64,000 nucleotides of DNA from Nitrosopumilaceae archaeon (lineage in GTDB: Archaea; Thermoproteota; Nitrososphaeria; Nitrososphaerales; Nitrosopumilaceae): positions 928,001-992,000 of the forward strand of contig OZ242365.1 of assembly GCA_965208905.1 (NCBI GenBank). The letters are read 5' to 3'. How positions within the stretch are numbered: position 1 is the first letter of the stretch; each line of letters begins with the position of its first letter. The notes below the pieces were generated by a model. It was not told the DNA's origin. It made no database searches and saw only the letters and a program-made list of their open reading frames with translations. The translations under genes and the position numbers were made by a program. Below, in pieces: positions 10,587-20,759 of the stretch.

Positions 10587-13244
10587 TTATTGGTTTAATG
10601 CCTCTAGAGGTTTTTTGGCATAATTGTGTATGGTGGGCTCTTGGCAAAACTGTAGACGTATATCTTTAATTGTATCATTAGATACTTTTAGCATCTCAGA
10701 GATGGCATCATCTATCATGTGTCTGGTCTTATCTATATGCGCGTAGCAGGCAGGCAACATCGCTGATGATGATACTTGATCAAAGAATTTGGCCACCATG
10801 CACAATGTAGAGTCATCTAGTGTATCAAATCTTGGACATGGTATGTTTTTTATGGCCTTTACTTGAGCGGTAGCCCGTCCCGGTTCGCTCCGGGATGCTT
10901 GCGACCAATGTGTCATTAAACCTAATGTAGAGTTAAACCACAAGGCTGCAGCCTTTAGTATTCGTACATCGGAATGTCCTAGACCCAGCCATCCATTACC
11001 GCCCATGATTTTGTCGTTAGTGGTGGCACCCAATAGTGCGTTCACACTCCAACTCAATCTGCGGTTGTAAAATAGGGTTGTGTTGTGTTGTGTGATATTA
11101 TCTACTCTACCCATGGGAATGCCGTAGTGTGTCGGCGATATGATTAATCTATCCTGACTCTTACTAACGTTCCACAGTGAATAATGTGCATCATCCTTTG
11201 GCGTATGCCCATCATCAATTTTGCGCAGCTCAAAGGCACCCATTGGCGAGCTGCCCTTGGTGTGTCCTATTATGTGGTGCGTTGGCCCTATACAGAATAT
11301 GTCCTGTATGCGAGCCATCTGTATGTTGATGGGCATTATTGTACCATCTATCTTGCGGAACCTACCTTGTATGAGCAAGTCCGTAAATAATGCCACACCT
11401 GAATCTTTCACACCTAGAGGACTCCATGGTTGGCCGGGCTTTGCATCATATTTGTACATACTTCCTATAGTGTCACCTAGTTGTATCTGCCATGATAAGT
11501 TTGATGTGCTATTGCACGAATCTTGTATTGCTCTTGCCATCTCACCTGCTTCTGGTGGGGTGGCGGGTGCCTTGTTTAGTGTAACACAGTAGATGCTTGA
11601 TGGTCTCTCTTTTGGTTGCGGCGTCTTGGTGGCTATAAGCAGCATCTCTGTAAGGTGGGTACCATGCGAGAGTGACTTACCAGAACTGATGGTTATAGCA
11701 ATTATCTCTGTGTAGTTGTACTGTATGAACCTTCGAGTCTCTGCCCATGCCTCGGCAAATGCCGCCGTTATTGGGAGTACAAAACCAATTCGTCCATAAT
11801 CTTTTATTTTTTTGGATGCAATTATGATGAAGGTAGGTGCCATGCCTGCCACCTTCTTTGCTGGATATGTGCGTATGAGGCCTTCCCAGCGGGCCTGACA
11901 GGCACTTCGTTCGGCCTCTGTGAGATTTGCCACATCAAAGGATGCCTGCCCGTTTCGTGATCTTGAATATGGCGGATTCATCAATATGTAGTCGATGGAT
12001 TTGTCTGGTATACGGGGGATGTCTGTCTGTTCATCACCTGTATTGGGATGTTCTTGTCCTGTGATGTATTCGATTGCACCTGTCATGCCGGCGGGTCCGC
12101 CAACCCCTACATGCGTTATACCAGATGGGTTGTACCATTCATCATCTGTAAGAAGCAGTGATACGCTTGCCAAATATGTCGCCACAGGGGATATGTCTAT
12201 ACCCACCAGTCCTCCGTTTAAGGCGCCATGACGCAGCTCTGCCATGCCGCTCAAACCATAATATCTTTGATGCAGTGACCGCATGCGGCGATATCCGGCC
12301 CTCAACAGGGCTCCGGTCCCACACGTCAAATCAGCTATTTTATGTTCTCTGAAATAGTCCATATCGTGTATGGCCTCTTTTATTGTGAGACGTGTCAGCA
12401 TCTCGGCTATGGCATCCCTTGTATAGTACTCTGCAGCAGTACTTCTATCATCAGAGATGTACGGAAGCAGTGTCATACCTGCATTGATGGTGGATTTTGG
12501 AGTATCTTTTGTATTTATTATTGCATCAATTAACGGTTGTAGTGTATTATTGGTAGATGTGATGGATTCGGCGACCAACAGGTCTAGAATATCTGTAGGC
12601 GGCTTGAATATGTCAAACTGTTTTAAATTAATTATATGCTTCCAAGTTTTTAATACTGATGTAGCATCTGCAACACTGTTTAGTGGCGGTATGTCGTCTC
12701 TATATTTTGATAAGTGTTGCTGCATGAGAATTCCACTGAATAATATCAAAGATGCAGACTGTGAGGCACCTAACCATGATTTTTGTACTGTTTTTTTAAT
12801 TATATTTTTTTGGTGCTCAGTCTGCAATTTATCTGCAGAGGCACGAACGGCCCTAATTGAACTCTGAACTATCTTGTTGGTATCCCCTTCTAGTGTTGAT
12901 ATACTAGCCACCAAATTATGTATGTCTCCAGATATGAAATGTTTATCCGAGTGGGGGAGTCGGTATACGTCTTTGCCAACCTTTTGGTATATGGCGTATT
13001 GTATTATCTGGTTTGATTCTAGTCTCTCTACTATGGCATCATATGTGTTATTTTGCATATTCTGCGGAATTATAACTGATATGACCGTCTTGGTGTTGTC
13101 ATTTATGAGACTTTTGGATATGTAATTTATTTTATTATAGTCTGATGCTGTTACAATACTGCCCTTATACTCTTGAAGATCTAAATACCTCTGTAATGTA
13201 TCTGTTAGTGCCGAGTCAAATATACTCATTATATAATTATACAT
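10587..13244 (-). CDS. large N6-adenine DNA methyltransferase (type IIG-like RM protein)
   Basis: SAM motif ADLTCGTG, catalytic NPPY, YYT motif, long C-terminal putative target-recognition region. Confidence 0.8.
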   Translation of the reverse strand: MYNYIMSIFDSALTDTLQRYLDLQEYKGSIVTASDYNKINYISKSLINDNTKTVISVIIPQNMQNNTYDAIVERLESNQIIQYAIYQKVGKDVYRLPHSDKHFISGDIHNLVASISTLEGDTNKIVQSSIRAVRASADKLQTEHQKNIIKKTVQKSWLGASQSASLILFSGILMQQHLSKYRDDIPPLNSVADATSVLKTWKHIINLKQFDIFKPPTDILDLLVAESITSTNNTLQPLIDAIINTKDTPKSTINAGMTLLPYISDDRSTAAEYYTRDAIAEMLTRLTIKEAIHDMDYFREHKIADLTCGTGALLRAGYRRMRSLHQRYYGLSGMAELRHGALNGGLVGIDISPVATYLASVSLLLTDDEWYNPSGITHVGVGGPAGMTGAIEYITGQEHPNTGDEQTDIPRIPDKSIDYILMNPPYSRSRNGQASFDVANLTEAERSACQARWEGLIRTYPAKKVAGMAPTFIIIASKKIKDYGRIGFVLPITAAFAEAWAETRRFIQYNYTEIIAITISSGKSLSHGTHLTEMLLIATKTPQPKERPSSIYCVTLNKAPATPPEAGEMARAIQDSCNSTSNLSWQIQLGDTIGSMYKYDAKPGQPWSPLGVKDSGVALFTDLLIQGRFRKIDGTIMPINIQMARIQDIFCIGPTHHIIGHTKGSSPMGAFELRKIDDGHTPKDDAHYSLWNVSKSQDRLIISPTHYGIPMGRVDNITQHNTTLFYNRRLSWSVNALLGATTNDKIMGGNGWLGLGHSDVRILKAAALWFNSTLGLMTHWSQASRSEPGRATAQVKAIKNIPCPRFDTLDDSTLCMVAKFFDQVSSSAMLPACYAHIDKTRHMIDDAISEMLKVSNDTIKDIRLQFCQEPTIHNYAKKPLEALNQ

Positions 13245-13261
13245 GTATTACCGGATTATAA

Positions 13262-13645
13262 TTATACATCTGTATTTTGTAATAAAGCAATATTTTGTGT
13301 AGGCTCTATACTGCTTATGTTGGCGGTCAGCTCTTTCTGCTCTATCAATAAATTTACAAACCGTATACGGTGCCCTATGAACTTGTCATTGGTGCCATCT
13401 ACAAGATACGGAACCATGTCTTTGCTGTCTATCATCATGTTTACATGATCACCTTTCTTAATGGCAAAGACACCAATTCCCCAAAATAATCCTACATGAA
13501 GCGCCATAAATTTGGCTTGAATCTCTGATACTATTCCACGATATATGCTTGCTTGGTTACGACGTTGCATGATGTTTTTTTGGTCAGTACGTATGGCCCA
13601 TGATATGTGGTATGCATCACCATCAATGTATAACTCATGTATCAT
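13262..13645 (-). CDS. conserved hypothetical protein, weak RNase H-like pattern
   Basis: YIDG...IDS pattern but Lys where the catalytic Glu is expected; directly downstream of citrate synthase. Confidence 0.55.
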   Translation of the reverse strand: MIHELYIDGDAYHISWAIRTDQKNIMQRRNQASIYRGIVSEIQAKFMALHVGLFWGIGVFAIKKGDHVNMMIDSKDMVPYLVDGTNDKFIGHRIRFVNLLIEQKELTANISSIEPTQNIALLQNTDV

Positions 13646-13648
13646 CTT

Positions 13649-14830
13649 TTATGCACGAAGATTGATTGGCTTGTACTCGCATCCGTCAGGACCACAGTCC
13701 TTGCCCACATATACTGCCTTTGGTCTGTACAGTGCGGGCTTTGGAGCTGCCTCGGCAAACTTCTCTTCTATGACGTGTGCGGCCCACCCCGCCACGCGCG
13801 ATATGGCGAATATGGGCGTGTTCAAATCCATGGGTATGTCCAGCATGTAGTATATGGAGGCGCTGTATAAGTCCACATTGGGATATATATCCATGTTCTT
13901 TTTTCTCTTTATCTCGGCTATTGTGGCCTCTTCGACCTTCTCTGTTATGGCAAACCATGGTTGTTTAGTCTTTGCGGCCAACTGTCTTGACATGTCTTTT
14001 AGTACTTGGGCGCGCGGGTCAAATGTCTTGTATACGGCATGGCCCATTCCCATGACCCTTTGATTCGTGTCTACCCTCTCTTTAATCCATGATTCGGCTT
14101 TGTCTATGTGGTTTATCTCTAGTAGCATCTTCATCACCTCGTAGTTGGCCCCCCCATGTAACTCGCCACTGAGCGCGCCGATGGCGGCACTGGCCGCCGA
14201 GTACATGTGGGCACGTGTGGATGCAACCTGTCTTGCCGTAAAGGTGGATGCGTTAAAGGTATGCTCGGCGTGCAGTATGAGACATACATCAAATATCCTT
14301 TCAACCTCCTTGTCGGGTTTTTCACCCGACATCATGTATAGAAAGTTGGCCGCATGACTTAGTGTGGGATCCGGATCAATAATACTCATACCGTTTCGTA
14401 TGCGTTGCCAGCTGGCTATTATGGTGGGTACTTTGGCTATGAGGTTTATGGCCCTCTCGTAACTGGACTCCTTACTGGAGAACTCTTCATCGTAGTATCC
14501 GGCCAAAGCAGCCACAAAGGCCTGCAACATATCCATGGGATCTGCATCCTTACGCCAGTTTCCCATATTCTTTTGCATCTGTTTTGGTATGAATCTAGCG
14601 TTCGAGATCATGGATTTAAACTGCCTCATCTCTTTCATGGATGGTAGTCTGTCATGCAGTAAGAGATATGCTGTCTCCTCATAGTTGGAGTTCTCTGTTA
14701 AGTCTAGTATGTTATATCCGCGGTATATCAGCTTGCCTTCCATGCCATTAATGTCTGATATGCGGGTATCTGCTACCTTGATTCCCCGCAGGCCAATATT
14801 CTTAGTCTCCATCTCATTTGAATCTCCCAT
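13649..14830 (-). CDS. gltA: citrate synthase
   Basis: GLRG, HAEHTFNAST, LHGGAN, MGMGHAVYK..DPR, PNVDLY motifs. Confidence 0.96.
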   Translation of the reverse strand: MGDSNEMETKNIGLRGIKVADTRISDINGMEGKLIYRGYNILDLTENSNYEETAYLLLHDRLPSMKEMRQFKSMISNARFIPKQMQKNMGNWRKDADPMDMLQAFVAALAGYYDEEFSSKESSYERAINLIAKVPTIIASWQRIRNGMSIIDPDPTLSHAANFLYMMSGEKPDKEVERIFDVCLILHAEHTFNASTFTARQVASTRAHMYSAASAAIGALSGELHGGANYEVMKMLLEINHIDKAESWIKERVDTNQRVMGMGHAVYKTFDPRAQVLKDMSRQLAAKTKQPWFAITEKVEEATIAEIKRKKNMDIYPNVDLYSASIYYMLDIPMDLNTPIFAISRVAGWAAHVIEEKFAEAAPKPALYRPKAVYVGKDCGPDGCEYKPINLRA

Positions 14831-15165
14831 GAATAACCATCTGTATTGGATTATATAATATTTCAGAGAATTTTTTAGGGAGGTATCAAGGTACCTAAAA
14901 TTCTACAACTTTTAGGATATGACACATGATACGCAGATGAAGCGCCTACTTGATGCTGTTTGATCTTTTTTGAGTGAATATTAGAGCGCACGCCAGTATG
15001 GCGATATGGCAAACATGGTGCATAACCGGAGATACTGACTATGAAACCAGCGAACACCCTCTGCTAAGAGTCTGGTGGGCTCTTGTATCAACCTTCTATG
15101 AAGCGTCCGATGCTACTCTCTATTTGATATTTTGTGGCATATATTTGTGGAACACAGCCGTTTAA

Positions 15166-16188
15166 ATGGGAGATTGTAAAAGGTGCTTTATGGGATCGGT
15201 GAAAAAAACCCGCTTGGTCTGTATATCACACAAAGAAGACCTGGATGGTCTTGGATCTGCTGCCTTAGTACGGCAAGCTACAGGCGCCGAGCCCATTTTG
15301 GTAGATTATGTGGGCCAAATGTCAAAACTTAAAGAGATATCTGAGGATCTTTCACTCAAAGTTTTACACATATGTGATCTGGGTTTGAGTAAGAAGAATG
15401 AGGCTGAGTTTGTAGATGTGATGGCAACACTGCGTCGTCGCCATGTGCGAGTTACATATGTGGACCATCATGATATACGGCCTGACATAGTGACCAAGCT
15501 AGCTGATATGGGTGTTAACGTGATACATAGTACTGACGAGTGCACAGCAGTGCAGGTATACCACAAATACGAGAAGAGACTACCTGAGGGTGCATCATTT
15601 ATTGCCGCATGCGCAGCCATCACTGACTATATGGACAGTAAGCCTCTGGCAGCAAAATTGCTTCAGAAGTATGATCGACAGTTCGCCCTGATAAGTGCCA
15701 CCGTCTTGACGTATAATATAGTGGGTCATCAGAAGGATACTGAATATCTACTATATCTGGTGGATCAACTAACTGAACTTAAGTTTCCACATGAAATTCC
15801 GAATGCCTATGAGAATGCCCAGCTTCAAGTGGGATATTTGGCTGATACAATGAGTCGTGTACGTCAAGGCTACAAAAAGATGCGTAATTTGGCTCACATG
15901 GAGATGACTGATACTGGTGCCAGTGGTGCAGTTAACTTTGTACTGGGATTCTCGGGCAAACCTGTGGGTGTGGCCTATAAGGAGCGTATTGAGCAGGGTG
16001 CCTACGCTATATCTATTCGAGGTGCACCTGACTTGAATGTACATTTGGGTCGTATTGTAAGCTCACTGGCCGCTGACTTTGATGGTACCGGTGGAGGTCA
16101 TGCTGTGGCGTGTGGTGCTTTAATACCAAAAAAGCAGATGAAGGTGTTTCTTCGAACCCTCAACGAAAGATTGGGCGAGTCACTCTAA
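15166..16188 (+). CDS. DHH/DHHA1 family phosphoesterase (start may be 15190)
   Basis: HKEDLDG, DLG, DHH and GGGHAVACG motifs. Confidence 0.9.
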   Translation: MGDCKRCFMGSVKKTRLVCISHKEDLDGLGSAALVRQATGAEPILVDYVGQMSKLKEISEDLSLKVLHICDLGLSKKNEAEFVDVMATLRRRHVRVTYVDHHDIRPDIVTKLADMGVNVIHSTDECTAVQVYHKYEKRLPEGASFIAACAAITDYMDSKPLAAKLLQKYDRQFALISATVLTYNIVGHQKDTEYLLYLVDQLTELKFPHEIPNAYENAQLQVGYLADTMSRVRQGYKKMRNLAHMEMTDTGASGAVNFVLGFSGKPVGVAYKERIEQGAYAISIRGAPDLNVHLGRIVSSLAADFDGTGGGHAVACGALIPKKQMKVFLRTLNERLGESL

Positions 16189-16304
16189 CTTGTATGGCTG
16201 GCAATTACTTCTGAACAATACTGGGGATGACCTAAATACACACACTTGGCAGAGATGTTACGCACGATCAACTTCAAAAAGTGAAACAGTTACACAAAAT
16301 TCTG

Positions 16305-16757
16305 TTAAATTTGAACTATTGCATCTATCTCAGTCATTGAGCCCAACGGCAAACTAATTGTTCCCACCGCTACTCTGGTATGTCTGCCCCTCTCGCCAAA
16401 CACACTAAATATGAGATTGGATGCTGCATCAATGACCTGTGGATGTGCTGTAAAGTCAGGGTCTGACCTTACAAATCCACTTAAGCGAATAAATTTCTGT
16501 ACCCTGTCTAGACCTACCTTCTTTTGCAACTGAGCCAGTATGTTGATGGCACACAACTTGGCGGACTCTTTTGCCATATCGATGTTGGCATCATTTACAA
16601 CCCCCTTGTATATGACGGCACCATCCTGCATGGGAACTTGACCTGAGACAAACGCTAGATTCTTTGATATTGTAACTGGTGTGTAAGCGCCGGCCGGCTG
16701 AGGAGGGTTTGGCAATGTAATGTTTAACTCCTTTAATCTCTCATCAATCATGCTCAT
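16305..16757 (-). CDS. RidA/YjgF family protein
   Basis: FVSGQVP, GRHTRVAVG..SLP motifs. Confidence 0.9.
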   Translation of the reverse strand: MSMIDERLKELNITLPNPPQPAGAYTPVTISKNLAFVSGQVPMQDGAVIYKGVVNDANIDMAKESAKLCAINILAQLQKKVGLDRVQKFIRLSGFVRSDPDFTAHPQVIDAASNLIFSVFGERGRHTRVAVGTISLPLGSMTEIDAIVQI

Positions 16758-17180
16758 ACGTTATACACTGCATTAATTAGAGCTTATGTATGGTTAGCGA
16801 CTTTTCAAACAATCTACTATATTTTTACAGTTGACTAAATCTTCTAATTTTGATCCAAAATACAATTTTAACAGTACATTATGTCGTCCCAAGAAGAACT
16901 GAAACTAGTAATCAGAGATGTCCATCAGACAATGACAACAACACACATCCAAACCAATTAGACGCGTCGTACTGTATTCTGTTATGGCTGGTATTTGTCA
17001 AAAATATGTCCAAAAATACCATGTAGTTCTTTTCTCACCATCTATATTATACAATTTAGTTCAATACCAACTTTGGGCGAGGAGTCATCATATGTAACAG
17101 TGATTTATCTGACATATGGATATCTTCACATGCGACCAAAAAACTAAAGATTCAATATTATATTATATTCTACATAATAC

Positions 17181-17570
17181 GTGACCATTGCATTAGAGTC
17201 CATATTACGTGACCTGAAGAGTGATGCCACCAGATATACATTAACTCTAAATGATGTACAATATACCTTGGAGAATGTTGATGTGATACAGATTGATACT
17301 CCAGCTCGCAGACCCACTGCCCGCGGAAATGTATACTTGGAGGATAGTCGTTCGTACCGAATAAAAGCCAATATACAAAATGATGTTGTACCATGCCTAT
17401 CAGTGATGATGCTGGGACCTAGCAAAGAGTTTGGCGGTCTACATATTGTGGCCCAGACCGCATCATCTGACTCCTTTAATATACTGGGCAGTCTGTTGAA
17501 CATCATATCCGTAAAGGGTCTTGTGACGCTGAGTATTTCAATTGTAAGTTTGGAGCGTATACAAAATTAA
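17181..17570 (+). CDS. hypothetical protein
   Basis: 129-aa ORF with AT-rich promoter-like upstream region; no recognised motif. Confidence 0.6.
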   Translation: MTIALESILRDLKSDATRYTLTLNDVQYTLENVDVIQIDTPARRPTARGNVYLEDSRSYRIKANIQNDVVPCLSVMMLGPSKEFGGLHIVAQTASSDSFNILGSLLNIISVKGLVTLSISIVSLERIQN

Positions 17571-17643
17571 TAAAATTTCTGTATATTCAAAATAATTCGA
17601 TATAATAAACACTGAGAATTCTGGCCTACATATTACAGATGCT

Positions 17644-19257
17644 GGTTCCTCCCGCAAAGTCGGGTGTTGGTTGATGTGTGTTAGATGATGTTAAATACAC
17701 CATTGAACCGTACTGTATAGTGTCATCAGTAAAAAATAGCAGGGCAGTAACACGTCCATACGCAAAAAATTTGGATATGTGGCATGTGTTTGGGCATGTC
17801 AGGAAGGTGGCAGAAGTGGCGTACATTATAGCAAATAACACGGGGAAGGATACCTATGGTGTTAATGCATTGATGTATAGTACAATGCGCGATCCTGACC
17901 CCAAAGTACGTTCATCCATAACGCAGACCGCCATACGGGACGGGGTTGCCGCCCATAAAACGTACAATACGAAGACTGCGCAGGGCATGAAGGTGTCTGA
18001 GCCCGTCTTTCGTAATCCGGTTGTAAAGTTGAAAAACCAAGATTGGAGGCTGAATCCGATAGCGGGTGGATATATGGCTGTTGCAAATGTTGGCTCATCA
18101 AAATATCCACATATGATAGCAATTCCCGTCTCTTCAGATGTGGTACGCAGAATAGGACAAAATGAACTAGGTGAGTTGTGGATCACGCCAACCATATATA
18201 CGATAACATATTACAACAAAGTGCCCAAGGTTGAAAAACCCCACCCATACGGCAAGTCGGAGATTATTGAACTACTTACGGATGTGGGGTATGTGGGCGG
18301 CACACCAAAAGATGTGATTGGCGTTGATATTAATGAAAAGAACATCACCGTAGGTGATAAAAACACGATGGTACGGTTTGATCTATCTAATACCATACAG
18401 GCCATTGAGGAGGCAAAGACTGAGGATGCAAACAATACGTATACACGTATACATGATAATATCACATATGCGGCACGTACCGGAAGGCGCGTTGTACACA
18501 AGAAAGAGGAGGAGCGCAGAGAAAGGCAACAAGTCACACATGGCGGTCCCAAACTATATGGCAAACTCAAACGCAGATACAAGAAACTCAAGAGGGAGGG
18601 CAAACACAAGAAGGCCGCCGAGATAAAGTGGCAGATGAATAAATGCATATTAAACATACAGCATAACCACACAAAGTCAAAAAAGAATGATAAAAAACAC
18701 AGGGTGACTAAAGCCATGCGCCGCCACGAACACGTGCTGAACGTAATAGCATTATGTATAGCACAGTGGGCCGCACAATCCGGGTGTTTGGTTATGTTGG
18801 AGGATTTAACCCATATATCGTATAATTGGCAGAAGGGGGGAAAGTTTGGACGCAGCTTGCGTCGCAGATTATATTCTGCCATGATGCGAAAGGCATCGAA
18901 TTTAATTTATGAAAAGTCCCAATTTTTGGGAGTGGAGGCACTACATATGCGTCCACACAACACATCCAAGTTGTGTGCTGGATGTAGAACCCTACTAACT
19001 GGAACTTATCATAAAAAAGACTGCACCCACTGCCGTATGGTTGGCGTAGACCGAGACGTCAACGCAGTGGAGAACATACGGCGAACAAGCGCCGTATCCC
19101 GGTATGGTCGTAAGGTTTCGACCAGTCTGGGCGAAGTCCGTCGTGGTGTGGATGTAATACTCGATCCCACCCCACTCATACAGGGTTGCTGGAGCAACTG
19201 GGCCGACAGACTATCCCGCGTGGTGATGTGACATCACCCGACTTTGCGGGAGGAACC
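17644..19257 (+). mobile_element. TIR-bounded non-autonomous element 1 carrying a tnpB-like gene (1614 bp)
   Basis: Perfect 23-bp inverted repeats GGTTCCTCCCGCAAAGTCGGGTG at 17644-17666 and 19235-19257 tightly enclosing one ORF; no convincing target duplication. Confidence 0.75.
17678..19231 (+). CDS. tnpB: TnpB/Cas12f-like RNA-guided nuclease (likely start GTG 17720)
   Basis: RuvC-I GVDIN, RuvC-II MLEDL, TSKLCxxC..CxxC zinc finger, RuvC-III DRDVNA. Confidence 0.85.
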   Translation: MLDDVKYTIEPYCIVSSVKNSRAVTRPYAKNLDMWHVFGHVRKVAEVAYIIANNTGKDTYGVNALMYSTMRDPDPKVRSSITQTAIRDGVAAHKTYNTKTAQGMKVSEPVFRNPVVKLKNQDWRLNPIAGGYMAVANVGSSKYPHMIAIPVSSDVVRRIGQNELGELWITPTIYTITYYNKVPKVEKPHPYGKSEIIELLTDVGYVGGTPKDVIGVDINEKNITVGDKNTMVRFDLSNTIQAIEEAKTEDANNTYTRIHDNITYAARTGRRVVHKKEEERRERQQVTHGGPKLYGKLKRRYKKLKREGKHKKAAEIKWQMNKCILNIQHNHTKSKKNDKKHRVTKAMRRHEHVLNVIALCIAQWAAQSGCLVMLEDLTHISYNWQKGGKFGRSLRRRLYSAMMRKASNLIYEKSQFLGVEALHMRPHNTSKLCAGCRTLLTGTYHKKDCTHCRMVGVDRDVNAVENIRRTSAVSRYGRKVSTSLGEVRRGVDVILDPTPLIQGCWSNWADRLSRVVM

Positions 19258-19310
19258 CGTCCGCTCTGAATAAACAAGAGCGTTCACACCGCCTGACCTT
19301 GTGCTGCCCA

Positions 19311-19387
19311 ACACACCCGCAACCAGTATGCGCTTGTAATCCGATGATTCTTCAGACTCAATTACAGGCATACCGCTCACAGCGTGC
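19311..19387 (-). ncRNA. candidate structured small RNA (long G-U-rich hairpin)
   Basis: About 27-bp imperfect stem that pairs well only on the minus strand; TTTATTAA at 19410-19403 upstream. Confidence 0.4.
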
Positions 19388-19464
19388 TTTAATTATGGAT
19401 GCTTAATAAAGTCACCGTATATGGAATATCTGGTAGTTTTAGTCAAGATAGTGTGCCGTATAAT

Positions 19465-20604
19465 TTAGACCGCCTTCTCTAGACGAATGTGTATTTTCTT
19501 TGACTTTCCGTGTTGTATAATTCGTGTACCATACCCATGCTTCTGTAGGTATGCCTCTAGTATTAGTGCCCAAGATAGGGCATGACCGTTGTTATCTTTG
19601 GACTTTAAGTGTATGGTGCCATTACTTGGGTCTAATTTTGCTATACCATAACCCATTATCTTTAAAGTTGTTGAAGCTAACTCGACTAGATCATTGAGCG
19701 TTCGTGAATATATGGGAACACCACCAAACTCTAAGAGATCTGCCAATGCAGGGATCTTAGCTGCCATTGCAGCCTGCAATGAAACAGATAAGCTGGACTC
19801 TTTTAGTATGGATATGGCTGTATAGGCATCTTTGGACTCGGTACTGTTTAAATCTAATAGTTCATCTGCCTGTATGCTATTATCCCAGAGGTATTTGAAG
19901 AGCGCAGATAAATTATGCATTATACCATCTGCCATAGTTAACACCTCTCCGCCCCCAAATTGGTTCAGTATCAGTATGTTGCCACCATCGGCTACAACAT
20001 AGTTGTAATCATGTGTGATTGTACGAATCTGAGCACCACCCGGGAGTATGCCGTCCCCCTCGGCATTCGCCTCTATTAATGGAAGTATTATACGCACCAA
20101 AACCCCGCGACGATTTGCAGCAACTATCTGTTTACGACTCTCAGTTATATAGCTACGTTGACTTACTATCAGGTCGATACTATGACTTGCACCATCGATT
20201 ATTCTGTGCAACTCTGAGATTATGTTTCCTGTAGACAACTGTTGATATCTCCTCTCTTCAACTCCGCGGCTCTTCCGACATTCATCATTGACAGTCTTTA
20301 AACTGGACACCAGCGAGTTCATGGCATTGACACGGTTTATCTGATCTTGTATTGTAGAGTCAAAGGCTTCCTCCGGAGCCACTGCAGCACACATTATCGG
20401 CTTTGTATCTGATGTGGTGGCAAGATTCTTCTTGCGAAGTTTCTCTAATGTAGAGTACACCTTTGTGCGCGGAATCTCTGAATAATATGATAGCTCTGCT
20501 GCTGATACGGGCCCCTTTGATATCATTGTAAAATATGCCCGGGCCTCATACTGACTAAGGCCGAACTCTTCTAGACTAACCGTCAATGATTTATCCATAC
20601 TCAT
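19465..20604 (-). CDS. TrmB family transcriptional regulator
   Basis: FGLSQYEARAY...IPRTKVY wHTH signature. Confidence 0.9.
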   Translation of the reverse strand: MSMDKSLTVSLEEFGLSQYEARAYFTMISKGPVSAAELSYYSEIPRTKVYSTLEKLRKKNLATTSDTKPIMCAAVAPEEAFDSTIQDQINRVNAMNSLVSSLKTVNDECRKSRGVEERRYQQLSTGNIISELHRIIDGASHSIDLIVSQRSYITESRKQIVAANRRGVLVRIILPLIEANAEGDGILPGGAQIRTITHDYNYVVADGGNILILNQFGGGEVLTMADGIMHNLSALFKYLWDNSIQADELLDLNSTESKDAYTAISILKESSLSVSLQAAMAAKIPALADLLEFGGVPIYSRTLNDLVELASTTLKIMGYGIAKLDPSNGTIHLKSKDNNGHALSWALILEAYLQKHGYGTRIIQHGKSKKIHIRLEKAV

Positions 20605-20759
20605 TATTCACTTCACCACAAAGATAACTGTTAAACCACAACAGCTAAATTTCTTAACATATAGCTCAAATTGCTTGTACCAAACCACACTGTCACCATG
20701 GTTAATGATTGCGCAGTTACTCTGTTTTGATATATGTTGTATTGTACAATTATGTATAA

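Noticed and set aside
17678-19231. Calling this a type V-F CRISPR effector
   Set aside because: No adjacent array or cas genes; the only array is 34 kb away and belongs to a type I-G locus.
17636-19265. Target duplication for element 1
   Set aside because: Flanks CAGATGCT and CGTCCGCT match only 4/8; not claimed.
19258-19410. SRP RNA or RNase P RNA
   Set aside because: Region too short and lacks their conserved motifs.
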